DNA of 64,000 nt, taken from assembly GCA_903824785.1 (NCBI GenBank), contig CAIJYD010000081.1, forward strand, positions 1,966 through 65,965, read 5' to 3'. The notes under the pieces are model-generated. The model did not search any database and had not been told where the DNA came from. It worked only from the letters and a program-made list of their open reading frames with translations. This DNA is from an uncultured Bacteroidota bacterium (GTDB lineage Bacteria > Bacteroidota > Bacteroidia > Bacteroidales > VadinHA17). Of this stretch, positions 28,786 to 40,152 are shown one piece after another; position 1 is the stretch's first letter; each line of letters starts with the position of its first letter. Both the position numbers and the translations under genes were made by a program.

Positions 28786-31476
28786 CTATTTTATTTTATA
28801 TGTTTCAATGGAATATTTTCCAATATCCAGGTTAAACAGCTTTCCGTTCTGACCGGTATCCTCTCCCTCCTCTTCAATGATATTTGTTTTCAGAAGTTTC
28901 TTAACCGGAAAAAACGATCCGACCTTTATTTTCTGATCTGAGCCGCTCATGTCCACTACTCTCATTATCAAACTATTATCATCTTCGGATTTCTTTAAAG
29001 CAGTTAATACAATCTGGTTACCCTGTGCGGAGAAAAAACTCTCCTCTTCGCCAAGAGGTCTCTTCATGGAACTCACCGGGTCAAGAACGGTATAAAGCCT
29101 GTTACGGGCCTGTTTGCCTTCCTGAAAACCGTTTTTCCATCCGGGTTCATGAATAAACAGTGAAAAAGAAAAATGGTGATCACCGAGCTGCAGGTAGTCA
29201 TTACCTTCCCAGTGACAACTTTTCCTTGAAGCCATGAGAATCGGTTGCAATAGAGTTTTGGAAGTTGGATTGGTTGTAGGGTCGAGGTAATCGAAGGCTA
29301 TAACGCTCGAGCTGATTGTTGCTCCAAACGCGTTATCGGAGGCATTCACCCAATCTATTAAAGTTCTGGGATGAACCAATCGGCAATCGGTGGTATAATT
29401 ATATCCTGCAGCACCTTTCAGTTCGTCTTTGCCTACCTCAACAACACCCATTGGCACCTCGTAAGTAATCTTTGAGGAACTCATGTTTAAAGGAAAAGCT
29501 GCCCTGAATTCGCGATAAAGAATCCCCTGCCAGTTTTTAATGTCAATCTCAAAATCGATCTGTTTTTTCTGGTTATAGATAATAATTGTCTCCTCTACAA
29601 CGGCATAGCGTACCTGCTGCCTGAACCGGAAGGATGTAAATACCGGGCCATCCGTTACTTTTTCCCATTTAGTGTTATAATTCCCTGTCTTATCAAAACC
29701 CTCCATCGATGGCTGCTGGATATCTGTGAATTCACCTGCTCCATTACCAACAGACTGCATTGTAAAAACTTCCCCGAGAGTAAATTTCGAGGCATCGATC
29801 ACATCCTTTCCGAGTGTTTTGTCAAATAGTTTTTCAATTCCGCCTTTTCCAAAACGGACCGAAAAGAAACGGTTTTCAAAATCGGGGCTGAATGTAAGAT
29901 TCTCCGTTTTCAGAGGTTTGGGTGAAGGTTTTACATAAAAGGTTCGATACCCTACCGATGGGATATCTGTTGCAATAAAGGATATTAAGCAGGATTTAAG
30001 GGAACCGTCGCTGAAACAGACTTTCTGAGTCAACTGTATGCTTATCTGATTCTTAGCCGCATCCAACAGGTCAACTCCAAAAGCTTCTCCCATGTTAAAC
30101 GAGCAAGAGAAGGTAACAGGATCATTTCTTTTCCAGTTTAGTCCGTTAAAAACCACCATAGGAATTCCGGGATTTTTAAAGTCGATTTTTGAAGCAATCC
30201 TCAGAAGGGCTCCATTCAGCAGATCCGAGGCATCGTCGCGCGACTTGGCGAATTTTGCAAGAAAAAGCCTGTCTGTTATTTCTCCACCTTTCCCGCCCCA
30301 GCCATGATCGGGATAGATCTTTGCCTCCCAGGCTTCATTGAATTTAAGCTTGTCATAACTTCTGAAATTTCCTTCCATCAATGAATTTACCGCTGCAAAT
30401 TTTTCAGCATCGGGAAGAAGTATATCTGCCTCACGGCTTGCAGAAATGGCAAAATGGTGTGAAGGGCCATGAATATAAAGCCACACAGCCGGACGTTCAC
30501 CTGAGATTTTCTTAATTTCAGTGGAGTTCTCGCAGATGGCATTCAGGCAGGTGTTCAGATTTCCGTATTTGAAAGGAGGAAGGGTGACTTTTACTTTGTC
30601 GCCATTTTCGTTTTCAATATAGCTGATACTATTCCAGAGAGCAATAAACGGATCACAGTTTTTTACCGGTTTCTGATCCCAGATAAATTCATAGTTCAGC
30701 AATGCAGGGATAATAACTTTTTTTGAATTTTCATTGTAATAGCTGCCCCAGAATAAAACCTCCCTGGCCATCTCATTAATCGCAACTGAATTCTCTTTTC
30801 CAAGAATATTAAAGAATTCAATATAATGTCCTGATGAGAACATGGTTACTTTAGAGTTATCGGGGCTATACCAGTCAAATACTCCTTTTTCATGCCTGCT
30901 GACAAACATATTATTTACACCCGATTTTGCCAGAATCTGTGACATTTGAAGAGTACGGCCGGGCACATCGGAATTATAATATGTGTCTGATTTATACCCG
31001 TTGAAATTATCTGAAAGCCATTTTTTACCAAGATAGAGCTCTCTTATCAGCGATTCGCCGGTGAACATCTCTTCATAAGGCTGGGTATAAGTGGCCCCAA
31101 CAAGTATCCGTCCTTCAGCCAATCCTTTCTGTATCTCTGCTTTTTTTTCAGGGTGGCGGTTCAGATATTCAACAATTATTGATGTCTGCTCTATATCCAT
31201 CCTGAATCCCGGATCCTCTCCCAGCCTTTTAAGGTAAGGGGTCATCCAGAGAGTATCGCGCATAATTATACACTTCTCCACCTCATCAACCCATCCAAGA
31301 TCCTGATGTGTAGTGATTGACAAGAGAATTTCACCTTTCGAGCAAACCGATTCTGAAATTTTCTTAAGAAGGGTATAAGTGTCATTATTACATTTAAACA
31401 CCCCATTGACTACCTGTGCCTCAGCCAGAATGGATACCGAGAAAAACAGACTCAGCAGACAGAATAATTTCTTCAT
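28786..31476 (-). CDS. GH38 alpha-mannosidase-like
   Basis: THQDLGW, GE.LIR..Y.G, NSDVPG, W.SPD.S, FN.L.W.R, LKKSED, NIIEE; signal peptide. Confidence 0.88.
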   Translation of the reverse strand: MKKLFCLLSLFFSVSILAEAQVVNGVFKCNNDTYTLLKKISESVCSKGEILLSITTHQDLGWVDEVEKCIIMRDTLWMTPYLKRLGEDPGFRMDIEQTSIIVEYLNRHPEKKAEIQKGLAEGRILVGATYTQPYEEMFTGESLIRELYLGKKWLSDNFNGYKSDTYYNSDVPGRTLQMSQILAKSGVNNMFVSRHEKGVFDWYSPDNSKVTMFSSGHYIEFFNILGKENSVAINEMAREVLFWGSYYNENSKKVIIPALLNYEFIWDQKPVKNCDPFIALWNSISYIENENGDKVKVTLPPFKYGNLNTCLNAICENSTEIKKISGERPAVWLYIHGPSHHFAISASREADILLPDAEKFAAVNSLMEGNFRSYDKLKFNEAWEAKIYPDHGWGGKGGEITDRLFLAKFAKSRDDASDLLNGALLRIASKIDFKNPGIPMVVFNGLNWKRNDPVTFSCSFNMGEAFGVDLLDAAKNQISIQLTQKVCFSDGSLKSCLISFIATDIPSVGYRTFYVKPSPKPLKTENLTFSPDFENRFFSVRFGKGGIEKLFDKTLGKDVIDASKFTLGEVFTMQSVGNGAGEFTDIQQPSMEGFDKTGNYNTKWEKVTDGPVFTSFRFRQQVRYAVVEETIIIYNQKKQIDFEIDIKNWQGILYREFRAAFPLNMSSSKITYEVPMGVVEVGKDELKGAAGYNYTTDCRLVHPRTLIDWVNASDNAFGATISSSVIAFDYLDPTTNPTSKTLLQPILMASRKSCHWEGNDYLQLGDHHFSFSLFIHEPGWKNGFQEGKQARNRLYTVLDPVSSMKRPLGEEESFFSAQGNQIVLTALKKSEDDNSLIMRVVDMSGSDQKIKVGSFFPVKKLLKTNIIEEEGEDTGQNGKLFNLDIGKYSIETYKIK

Positions 31477-31482
31477 AATTAT

Positions 31483-34176
31483 CTACTTCATGAATAATTT
31501 GATGGTCTCTATTGAATGATGCCCAACCTTTAACCCAATGGCTGAACCGTTTCCGGGAAGAGGCTTTCCCTCCTCCTCTATCAGGTTTGTGATCTCAGCT
31601 TTCAGGAAAGGAGCTGACAGTGTGATTTTTGCATCAGCATCAATGCCCTCCATATCATAGCAACGGATTATTACATTTTCATCATCCTCACATCTTTTTA
31701 CAGTGCTGAGTACAAGATTTTTATTTTCAACTGAAATGAAACTCATCGTTTCAGCCATGGTTCCGTCGGAGGAGGAAGGTTTTGAGATCACCGCCCTCAG
31801 GGGCTGGTTCGACTGAGTACCAAGACGGTAACCATTTTTCCAGTCACCTTTGTGGGAATAAAGGGAAAATGTATAATTATGGTCGCCCGGCTGAAGATAA
31901 TAGTTGCCTTCTCCATGGCAACTCTTCCGGCTTGCAAGCAGAACAGGCTGGAGAATAGCATATCCGGCAGGATCTGAAGTCGGATCGATCCAGTCGAACA
32001 CTGCCACATCGGAGCTTATTGTTATTCCGGTATTTCCATCTGATGCGGAAAACCAATCCTGAACCTCACGCGGATGCACATTTACGCAAGGGGTATCATA
32101 AATCTGCGATTTCTTGGAGAACCCTGCCGCTCCGGCAATTTCATCCTTTCCAATCCGCACCACTCCCATCGGTACCTCATAGGCAACCTCCGTATTTGTC
32201 TGGTTTACAGGGAAAGCCAGTCTGAATTCGCGGTAGCGCTCCCCGTCAAATCCGTTTAACTCTACATGAACATCGATGCGTTTAAGTGTTTTATACAATA
32301 TAACCTGCTGAACGACTGTTACATGGTCAATCTCTTTTTTGAACTCATATACATCGCGCACAGGACCACCTGATACGAGTGCCCATGGCTGTTTATGCAG
32401 ACTTAGTTTATCGAAACCCTCCATTGTGGGCTGCTGAACATCTGTAAATTCACCTGCTCCGTTGCCTACCGACTGCATTGTGAATAGTTCAGCACCAAGA
32501 AACTTATCTGTTCTGAGAAGATTCACCGATAACTCTTTATCAAATACCGATTTAATACCGCCATCGGCAAATTCGATCTTATAAAACCGGTTTTCATAAA
32601 CGGAGCCGGTATTCTTATAATCACCTGCGTAAGCTAAAGGTTTCCCTTTTGCGAGGTAATAAGTTTTATATCCGACAGATGGAACTTTTTCTGCCACAAA
32701 AAGAAAAGTAAGCACCTCATCTTTTTTACCATTAATCTGATGTTCATCAATAAGCTGATAAGGTATCTCTTTCCCCTTTTCGTCAAGAAGTCTGAAGATA
32801 TTCTGTTCATTGCCTTCTGCGTCAAGTGTAAATTTCACCAGATCAGTACGTTCCCAGGAAAGTGTGTTAAAAACAGTTATGGCTATATCCGACTTTGAGA
32901 AATGGATCCTTGAAGCGATGTTATTCATCGATTTTTCCAGAATATCAGAGGCGATGGTTCCGGCCTTTTCAAAAGCAGTACGAAAAGCTCTGTCAGTAAG
33001 AGCCCCAAATTTACCACCCCAGCCATGGTCAGGATAAATAGCATTTTCCCAGGCGGTTGTAAAAGATAGCTGCGGATAATTCTTAAATGAACCTGACTGA
33101 AGAGCATCGAAGGTTGCAAGTTTCTCGGCAGAGGTAAGCAAACGTGAAGCCTCCCTTGACGCCTTAAGTGCCCGCTGATGAGAAGGTCCATGGATATAGA
33201 GCCAGACATCCGGACGCTCTCCCATTATTGAGGTGAAAGCGGGTTTCCCTTTGGTAACGGCCTCCATCCATTCTGTTCCTGTTGAATATTTAATGGAAGG
33301 TCGTTTTAATGAAGAGGATTTTGAATTCCAGTCCTTAAAAAAAGCATCATAATCGGGAGGTGTTGCAAAGTCGTGAGAATAGAGGAATGGCAATTCCGGC
33401 TTAATTTGTCTTTTCCTGAAATAACTGTTCCATTCCACCAGCATATCTGAAAAAGCTGCAGAAAGGGAATCTATGTTGGTCTGAGCGAGCCTTACCGGTA
33501 TTCCCGCCTCATCATACTGACCCGGAGTGAAGCAGGTTACATAGCTGCCGTCGGGGCTGTACCATCTGTATATGCCCGGCTGATACCGGCTGAACTGCAT
33601 ATATGGAATCCCTGCTTTAGAGAGGATCTGAGCCATTTGAAGCGATCTTCCGGGAACATCCTCATTCCAGTAGGTCTTAAAATCGCAGCCCGGTAAAGTT
33701 TTCTTAAGCCATTTGCGACCAAGATAAGTTTGTCTGATAAGAGATTCGCCATCATACATTGATTCGTATGGCTGCTTGTAAGTGGCTCCCCAGTCAAGGC
33801 GTCCTTCCCGGGTAAATTTCAGGATCTCATTATAAGATTCCGGATGCCGTTGAAGATATTCTCTCAGGCTAAGGCCGTCTTCGACAGAAAACTTAAACTC
33901 AGGATTACTTCTTAATCGTGCCAGTACAGGAGTAATCATTTTCACATCGCGAAACTCAATGCACTTTCCGATACTGTCCATCCATGCAATATCCTGATGT
34001 GATGATGGCATCACGCTGACAACCCCACCTTTAAAATAGGAATAATCCCCTTTTTTGTCTCCTTTGGAAGGTGGCTGCGATTGCCCTGTAACTTGAAAAG
34101 TACTCCAGAGGATCAGACTCAGGAAGAAAATAACTGAGCTGGATTTACGGATCAAAGAATTTGCAGTGTTCATCAT
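31483..34176 (-). CDS. GH38 alpha-mannosidase-like
   Basis: SHQDIAW, GESLIRQ..LG, NEDVPG, WYSPDGS, FNTLSWER, VKRCED, NLIEE. Confidence 0.88.
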   Translation of the reverse strand: MMNTANSLIRKSSSVIFFLSLILWSTFQVTGQSQPPSKGDKKGDYSYFKGGVVSVMPSSHQDIAWMDSIGKCIEFRDVKMITPVLARLRSNPEFKFSVEDGLSLREYLQRHPESYNEILKFTREGRLDWGATYKQPYESMYDGESLIRQTYLGRKWLKKTLPGCDFKTYWNEDVPGRSLQMAQILSKAGIPYMQFSRYQPGIYRWYSPDGSYVTCFTPGQYDEAGIPVRLAQTNIDSLSAAFSDMLVEWNSYFRKRQIKPELPFLYSHDFATPPDYDAFFKDWNSKSSSLKRPSIKYSTGTEWMEAVTKGKPAFTSIMGERPDVWLYIHGPSHQRALKASREASRLLTSAEKLATFDALQSGSFKNYPQLSFTTAWENAIYPDHGWGGKFGALTDRAFRTAFEKAGTIASDILEKSMNNIASRIHFSKSDIAITVFNTLSWERTDLVKFTLDAEGNEQNIFRLLDEKGKEIPYQLIDEHQINGKKDEVLTFLFVAEKVPSVGYKTYYLAKGKPLAYAGDYKNTGSVYENRFYKIEFADGGIKSVFDKELSVNLLRTDKFLGAELFTMQSVGNGAGEFTDVQQPTMEGFDKLSLHKQPWALVSGGPVRDVYEFKKEIDHVTVVQQVILYKTLKRIDVHVELNGFDGERYREFRLAFPVNQTNTEVAYEVPMGVVRIGKDEIAGAAGFSKKSQIYDTPCVNVHPREVQDWFSASDGNTGITISSDVAVFDWIDPTSDPAGYAILQPVLLASRKSCHGEGNYYLQPGDHNYTFSLYSHKGDWKNGYRLGTQSNQPLRAVISKPSSSDGTMAETMSFISVENKNLVLSTVKRCEDDENVIIRCYDMEGIDADAKITLSAPFLKAEITNLIEEEGKPLPGNGSAIGLKVGHHSIETIKLFMK

Positions 34177-34271
34177 AGAATAGTTGTATTAAAAAGTATG
34201 TTATGTTTTTTGTTGTCTCAAAAGCTAAAATATCTCTTTGTCAATATAAGAACAAAAACCAAAAATTCAAA

Positions 34272-37214
34272 TTACCATATAACCTCGAGTGTTAAAAACC
34301 CCATTGCAGGTACAACAACCTTATCATGAACCTCCTTTTTATCATTTTCATAACCTGAATCTCCGGTAAGCACCATTGAGGGGATTCGCCCCGGCCAGCT
34401 GAGCGTAACGGATTCATCCTTTTCCGAAACTGAACGAAGTCTCAGGGTAGCTCTCTTGCCATCGCTGCCTGTCTTGATTACAGACAAGGTAATAGCTTTG
34501 CTCCCATTCAGATCCAGAACCGGTTTTACCTGATAATCATCTTTCACAAGGCATGAGACAAGTGGTTGTGCCTGCTCAATACCAAACCGGTTGGAGAATG
34601 CGGCGTCATATCCTGTATTATGAGGAAGAATGCGATATCGGAATTGAATTTTCCCCTCCTGGCTAAGCGGGAAGTTTGTGTGCCAGTGGTTATTCAAGGC
34701 CCAGGAATAGATTGTTGCAGATGGCTTGATTTTTCTGATCCACTTTGGTGAATTGGTTGCAGCACCTAAAATACCGGCAGTAATACTCCCACTCTCAAAG
34801 ACAGGAGCATCGAGCGAGCATAAGGTTATTCCCTGATCACTGTTTGAGATATCGAGCCAGCGCTGAAAGGCAATCCAGTTCCTGTTTGCTGCAGACAGCT
34901 GATCTTTTTCGAGCTCCATAATCCCCCAGGGGATATCAGCCCTGGTTACAGGATCAGAAATATTAAATGCAAAACCAAAGTGAATGCCCTCTTTTTCCAG
35001 GATAGCCTTTTTGTCTGCTATGTTCCTTATTTCAATATAGGGCTGACCGGCTATTACAGTTATTTCGCGGGTAAGGCTTTTACATCCCTCTGCTTGCGAT
35101 TCTATGAGAAGTGTAGCCAGCAATGGGCCGTTTTCACTGATTGAAACCTTCACATCTGTCGGGCCTGATGCCTTATCAGGACTCTCATCGCCATGAAGGT
35201 AGCGGTAGCTGTTCAGAGAAGAATTCGCGGTGGCAGCCACAAACTCCCTGGTTCCGCTTGTCAATCCTGATATATCGCCTGTTTGCATGTCAACAGCTAC
35301 CCGTACAATACCATTATCAAGGGTATTCCCCTGAGCCATTGTGCTCTTTTCTGTGCTTTTTCCGGTTTTCAGGAAATATTTTTTCGAACCTAAAGCCGGA
35401 ACATCACCTGCAAGAAAAACAAATTCGCCTGTTGATAATCTCTGAGAAAGAACTTTTTTTCCTTTTTCATCGCAAATGCTATTAATTTTTTTACTCTGTT
35501 CCGGAGTAAGAAAAACCAGCCCTCCCCGGCTCCAGGAAAGGGTATTGAAAACCCCTATAACCGAACCATCCTTTTCATCAACAGATTGCAAGGCAGATGT
35601 TAGGATTGACTTGCTCATCTCTTCTCCTTTCTGAAAATAACCAAACTTCACTTTAAGTATGTCATTTGTAATTGGCTGTCTGGAAGGGTCCATATAGCAC
35701 CAGGTATGCTCAGTTCCCATGATCACGTTCCTCCAGGCTTCTTCAATCTCCGTGCGGGGAGCAGGTTCACCCGGATGAAGCATTGACCATATTGTTTCAG
35801 TCTGGATAAGACGCTCTTTGGATGATCGGTTCATTCCGGTTTGTCTGGCAGCGGTACCGAGTCCATCGGTCCAGTATTCTGTAAAATCGCCTCTCAGAAC
35901 GGGCAGCCGGTCACCATATTTTTTTTCAAAAGTGCTCATGATCTGTGTAGCACTTGCAATGATCAGATGCGGAAAAGCATATTCTTCATTCCAGCTTTTA
36001 ACAGCATCAGGCAGATCAGCATCAATCGGAGTATTATCTGCCATTGCCCACGACATGGCAAAAATATCATAGGGATAGTAGTCCGATTTTTCCAGCTCCG
36101 GAAGTTTATCATTGAGATATTTGTCGATAAAATTATCGCGCGGATGGTCGGTTTTTACAATCTGAATCAATTTGGACGGGTCTGTTTGCCCGGCCATAAG
36201 GGGCCAGTAAGCGAAACCTTTTGCCAGAGCTCCCGGAGTGTAGCTCCCGGGCTGCAGGAATAAAATCCTCGATTTACCATCCTCTCCTTCCCACCAGAAA
36301 GGCCTGAAGCTAAGGTCAGTAGAAAGACCAACCCTGTCTGAACCATTGTTCATTGCAAAACAGTACTTTATCCCAAATGCTGCAGCAGCAGGCACAATCC
36401 CCCACGACATACCCGGAATATCAACCTGAACCAGAGTCTCTGTTTTTACCCCTGTAAGCTTTTCCATCTCACGGCAGTGACGGAAGAACTCAAAAAATTC
36501 CTCATCAGCCGAGGCAGTAGTGTTGGTATGAATGTAACCAGCATCAAGGTGGAGATAACCTTTTTTAACAGCGTTTACAATTTCCAGTTTTTCCGCAGCT
36601 GTTGCTTTTTTCAGATATCTTTCCACAGGCCATAAAACTTCTGGGTTCCACAGATAACGGGCATCTTCCGGATAATCTGCCGTTTTCCGCGCAAGCTCAA
36701 TACCGTTAATCAGATTACGCTTGTGGATGATCTCTACGTTTTCCTGAGTGTTGGTATAGCCGATATCAACATGTGAATGAGGATAAATATAGACTGTCCA
36801 CTGACGTTTGGCAGGTACTGAAACGGAACTGAAAAGTTCATGTCCTGAGCTGCGGAGAGTAATCATTGCGTCACAGGTTGACTCTACACCGCATCCAGGC
36901 GGCAGTAAAATCTGAGTTTTATTAATAGCTGCTGTTACTGACAACTCGGTTGTTTCCTTTATCCCGTTGCAAATAACATCGATAGTTCCTTTTCCCGAAA
37001 ATCCGGAACCGGTAAAGTATAAAATGACCTCTCGTCCCGGTTTACCATCGGGACGGTGACGGTAATACGGCTGAACCACACACTTTATTGAATCGGGAAA
37101 AGAAAAGCCCGGAGCAGGCCGGTTTGAGTTCTTCTGCCCATTGACTGCAGGCAGAAATATTATACTAATTATTGTTAAAATAATAACGATAAGGCTGTTA
37201 CGTTTTAATATCAT
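34272..37214 (-). CDS. GH38 alpha-mannosidase-like (second subfamily)
   Basis: HSHVDIGYT, QVDIPG, PFWWEG.DG, EHTW, FNTLSW.R, NNHWHTNF. Confidence 0.85.
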   Translation of the reverse strand: MILKRNSLIVIILTIISIIFLPAVNGQKNSNRPAPGFSFPDSIKCVVQPYYRHRPDGKPGREVILYFTGSGFSGKGTIDVICNGIKETTELSVTAAINKTQILLPPGCGVESTCDAMITLRSSGHELFSSVSVPAKRQWTVYIYPHSHVDIGYTNTQENVEIIHKRNLINGIELARKTADYPEDARYLWNPEVLWPVERYLKKATAAEKLEIVNAVKKGYLHLDAGYIHTNTTASADEEFFEFFRHCREMEKLTGVKTETLVQVDIPGMSWGIVPAAAAFGIKYCFAMNNGSDRVGLSTDLSFRPFWWEGEDGKSRILFLQPGSYTPGALAKGFAYWPLMAGQTDPSKLIQIVKTDHPRDNFIDKYLNDKLPELEKSDYYPYDIFAMSWAMADNTPIDADLPDAVKSWNEEYAFPHLIIASATQIMSTFEKKYGDRLPVLRGDFTEYWTDGLGTAARQTGMNRSSKERLIQTETIWSMLHPGEPAPRTEIEEAWRNVIMGTEHTWCYMDPSRQPITNDILKVKFGYFQKGEEMSKSILTSALQSVDEKDGSVIGVFNTLSWSRGGLVFLTPEQSKKINSICDEKGKKVLSQRLSTGEFVFLAGDVPALGSKKYFLKTGKSTEKSTMAQGNTLDNGIVRVAVDMQTGDISGLTSGTREFVAATANSSLNSYRYLHGDESPDKASGPTDVKVSISENGPLLATLLIESQAEGCKSLTREITVIAGQPYIEIRNIADKKAILEKEGIHFGFAFNISDPVTRADIPWGIMELEKDQLSAANRNWIAFQRWLDISNSDQGITLCSLDAPVFESGSITAGILGAATNSPKWIRKIKPSATIYSWALNNHWHTNFPLSQEGKIQFRYRILPHNTGYDAAFSNRFGIEQAQPLVSCLVKDDYQVKPVLDLNGSKAITLSVIKTGSDGKRATLRLRSVSEKDESVTLSWPGRIPSMVLTGDSGYENDKKEVHDKVVVPAMGFLTLEVIW

Positions 37215-37246
37215 ATTACTTTGTTTTAATTTCTTTCGTAAAAATA

Positions 37247-40126
37247 TCAGGGGTTAAGCTCCAGTTTATATGTCTCTATTGAATTCCTTCCAAGGCTGAT
37301 GTTAAAAAGAGTACCGCTCTGACCTGTATCCTGAATTACTTCTTCAATAAGATTGGTTTTCAGCAGAGCTTTTACCGGAAATGAGAGCTTCAGATCGATG
37401 TTTTTATTTTTTCCTTCCATCTCAACCATTCGCATTACAAGACTGTTTTCATTATCGCATTTCTTGAAGGCTGTGATACGAACAAATGGTGACGATACTG
37501 AAACAAAGCTCAACTCCTCCGGAAGAGAGCCTTTTTGAGGCTTATCTATTACAACGGCAGGGAGAGGATGGTTTTCCTCAACTCCGAAATGATATCCATT
37601 TTTCCATCCCGGCTGATGTGAAGCAATTGAAATCTTAAAATGATGACTACCTGTCTGGTGATACCAGTTACCAAGATAATGGCAGCTTTTATGGGAGGAG
37701 AGCAGTATTCCCTGAAGTACAGGATAATCAACCGACTCCCGGCCCGGGTCTATCCAGTCGGCTACTGCAAGATCTGAAGACATGGTAAATCCGGTATTGC
37801 TGCTGCTTGCCGAGATGAAATTTTCTATCTCACGAGGGTTTATCTCCTTTGGCATCTGCCGGTAAGTTCCTTCCCAGCTCCAGCCAAGAGGCGGCCTGTT
37901 CAACTCGTCTTTGCCTACATTGACAATACCCATCGGAACATCATACGTAATCTGAGAGTCATTCATATTCAGAGGAAAGGCAACCCGCAACTGCCGGTTA
38001 TGCTCTCCAGGCCAGTCGGGAATATCATACTCCAGATCAATTTTTTTAGTGCGATGGTATATAGTAATTATCTGCCTGACAGTAAAGTTTTTCATCCGGT
38101 ATGAGGATTCATAAACTGCACTTACAGGATCATTTCCGGTCAGAGTCCAGCTTACAGCTTTCATACTGAGCGATTCGGTTCCTTCGTAGTTGGTTGGAGT
38201 GATATGTATAAATTCCCCGGCACCGTTACCGCTGTATCCCAGACTAAGCAGATCGCCTCCGGCATATTTGGTGGTATTGAAAATCTCCTTATCAAGTTCC
38301 TTATCAAATAATGAGGTTATACCACCCGGCCCGAGTTTAATTTTATAATACCTGTTTTCATAATAGTTGTTTCCGGCTATAACCTGTTCTCCGGAAGGAG
38401 CTTTACCGTTTTTAAGGTAATATGTTTTATAGCCTAAAGAGGGAACATTTTCCGCTTCGAATGAGATGGATTTCTTAACACCGTCAGAAAGCAATACGGA
38501 TGGGATTATAACCCCTTTAGTATCGGAAACAATCCAGTTGTCACCTTTTTTTCCGGAAATATCAACGGTTACCCTGCCTTTCCTGTTCCACGACAAATCA
38601 TTAAATACCAGTATATTATTTGAATTTTTCAGCTCAACAAGTGAAGAGATTCCCTGAAGTGACTCCCCGAGGATTTTTTCGCCTGTAACATTCCCCTCCT
38701 CCAGTGAGACTCTGAAAATACTGTCTGTGATCGCGCCATTATTACCGCCCCAGCCATGGTCGGGATATATTGATTTATACCACCCCTTATAAAGATCAGA
38801 AGCGGGATAAGCTGAAAGTTTTCCTCTAATTACACCCTCAATGGAGCTGAAGAGCTCTGCTGCTGGCAGACTTACCGCCCCTGCTTTTTTTGCTTTTATA
38901 GCTTCGTAATGTGCGGGGCCGTGAATATAAAGCCAAAGGTCGGGCCTCTCTCCGGAGATGGAATCGATTTTTGCTTCAGGGACATCAATTTTCCCCAGAA
39001 ACTCTTCTGCCGTAGAGTGCTGCAAAAGAGGAATATCAACACCTGAACTCTTTGCAATACTATTCCATTCCGTAATAATCTTTGTGTAGTCTTTTGGTCC
39101 GCCGGCATCTGTGCTTATTACGATAGCATAGTGGGGCGGGATATTGCGGCTGGCATAATATTCATTCCAGTTCTGAATGACTTTATTCAGCTTCTGCATA
39201 GCTGTTATTGCATCTTCTTCAAAATACTGATAAACAAGCAAAGACCAGCCATAGTTGCCCGGGCTGTAAGTAAATATTTTCGATCCGTCGGGACTGTACC
39301 AGTTATAAAACCCCTCTTTCATTCTGCTGACAAAGAGGTATTTTATTCCTGCTTTTTCAAGGATCTGAGGAACCTGTATTGACCTTCCCGGAACATCCAC
39401 ATTATAGGCTGCCAGGGCATCCATTCCCGGAAGGTTTTCCTTTATCCATTTACGGCCAAGATAAGTCTGGCGTACTAATTGTTCGCCTGATTCCAGCCCC
39501 TCATAAGGCTGATTGAATGTTGCGCCCCATGTAAAAAGTCCTTTTCTGTAAGCATCTGTTATCCTCTTTTTTTCTGATGGCACTTCTTCAAGAACCTCCA
39601 TAAGATTCAGCGTTTGTTCCATCTCGAACTTGTAAGAGGGGTTTTTATCGATCAGGTCAAGCGCAGGAATTACAATTTTATATATCCGCTCAAGACGGCA
39701 TGTATCAGGGGTATTCATCCAGGCAATATCCTGGTGTGAAGAACAGATTATATTAACTGTCCCTTTTCCAAAATAGCCCCAGTCGGATGATACCAGAGGT
39801 TTGAAAATCTGTTTTCCCTGAACTTTATTTTTTGTTCCTGTTTCAGAATAGAAAACCAGCTCTCCCTCCTTTCCAACCAATGGAAGAAAGAGTTCGACTC
39901 TTCCTGAGTCTGCTCTGTTATAGCTGATCTCCTTCCCATCGAGAAAGATGGCCCGGCCCTCCGGTAATTCCGAGGCTGACAGCCATGCTTTGACCAACAG
40001 CTGTTTATCGATGGAATGGTATTGGTAAGGCTTGTAATAATTTACTGAGATCTCTTTTTGAGCCATTGAAATCCGGCTTAAAAAAACAATGCCAAATAGT
40101 GTAGCCGTAATAAATTTCTTAATCAT
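37247..40126 (-). CDS. GH38 alpha-mannosidase-like
   Basis: SSHQDIAW, GEQLVRQ..LG, NVDVPG, WYSPDGS, IYPDHGWGG, FKKCD, NLIEE. Confidence 0.88.
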   Translation of the reverse strand: MIKKFITATLFGIVFLSRISMAQKEISVNYYKPYQYHSIDKQLLVKAWLSASELPEGRAIFLDGKEISYNRADSGRVELFLPLVGKEGELVFYSETGTKNKVQGKQIFKPLVSSDWGYFGKGTVNIICSSHQDIAWMNTPDTCRLERIYKIVIPALDLIDKNPSYKFEMEQTLNLMEVLEEVPSEKKRITDAYRKGLFTWGATFNQPYEGLESGEQLVRQTYLGRKWIKENLPGMDALAAYNVDVPGRSIQVPQILEKAGIKYLFVSRMKEGFYNWYSPDGSKIFTYSPGNYGWSLLVYQYFEEDAITAMQKLNKVIQNWNEYYASRNIPPHYAIVISTDAGGPKDYTKIITEWNSIAKSSGVDIPLLQHSTAEEFLGKIDVPEAKIDSISGERPDLWLYIHGPAHYEAIKAKKAGAVSLPAAELFSSIEGVIRGKLSAYPASDLYKGWYKSIYPDHGWGGNNGAITDSIFRVSLEEGNVTGEKILGESLQGISSLVELKNSNNILVFNDLSWNRKGRVTVDISGKKGDNWIVSDTKGVIIPSVLLSDGVKKSISFEAENVPSLGYKTYYLKNGKAPSGEQVIAGNNYYENRYYKIKLGPGGITSLFDKELDKEIFNTTKYAGGDLLSLGYSGNGAGEFIHITPTNYEGTESLSMKAVSWTLTGNDPVSAVYESSYRMKNFTVRQIITIYHRTKKIDLEYDIPDWPGEHNRQLRVAFPLNMNDSQITYDVPMGIVNVGKDELNRPPLGWSWEGTYRQMPKEINPREIENFISASSSNTGFTMSSDLAVADWIDPGRESVDYPVLQGILLSSHKSCHYLGNWYHQTGSHHFKISIASHQPGWKNGYHFGVEENHPLPAVVIDKPQKGSLPEELSFVSVSSPFVRITAFKKCDNENSLVMRMVEMEGKNKNIDLKLSFPVKALLKTNLIEEVIQDTGQSGTLFNISLGRNSIETYKLELNP

Positions 40127-40152
40127 AATACAATTTTGATTTAAAGGAATGA

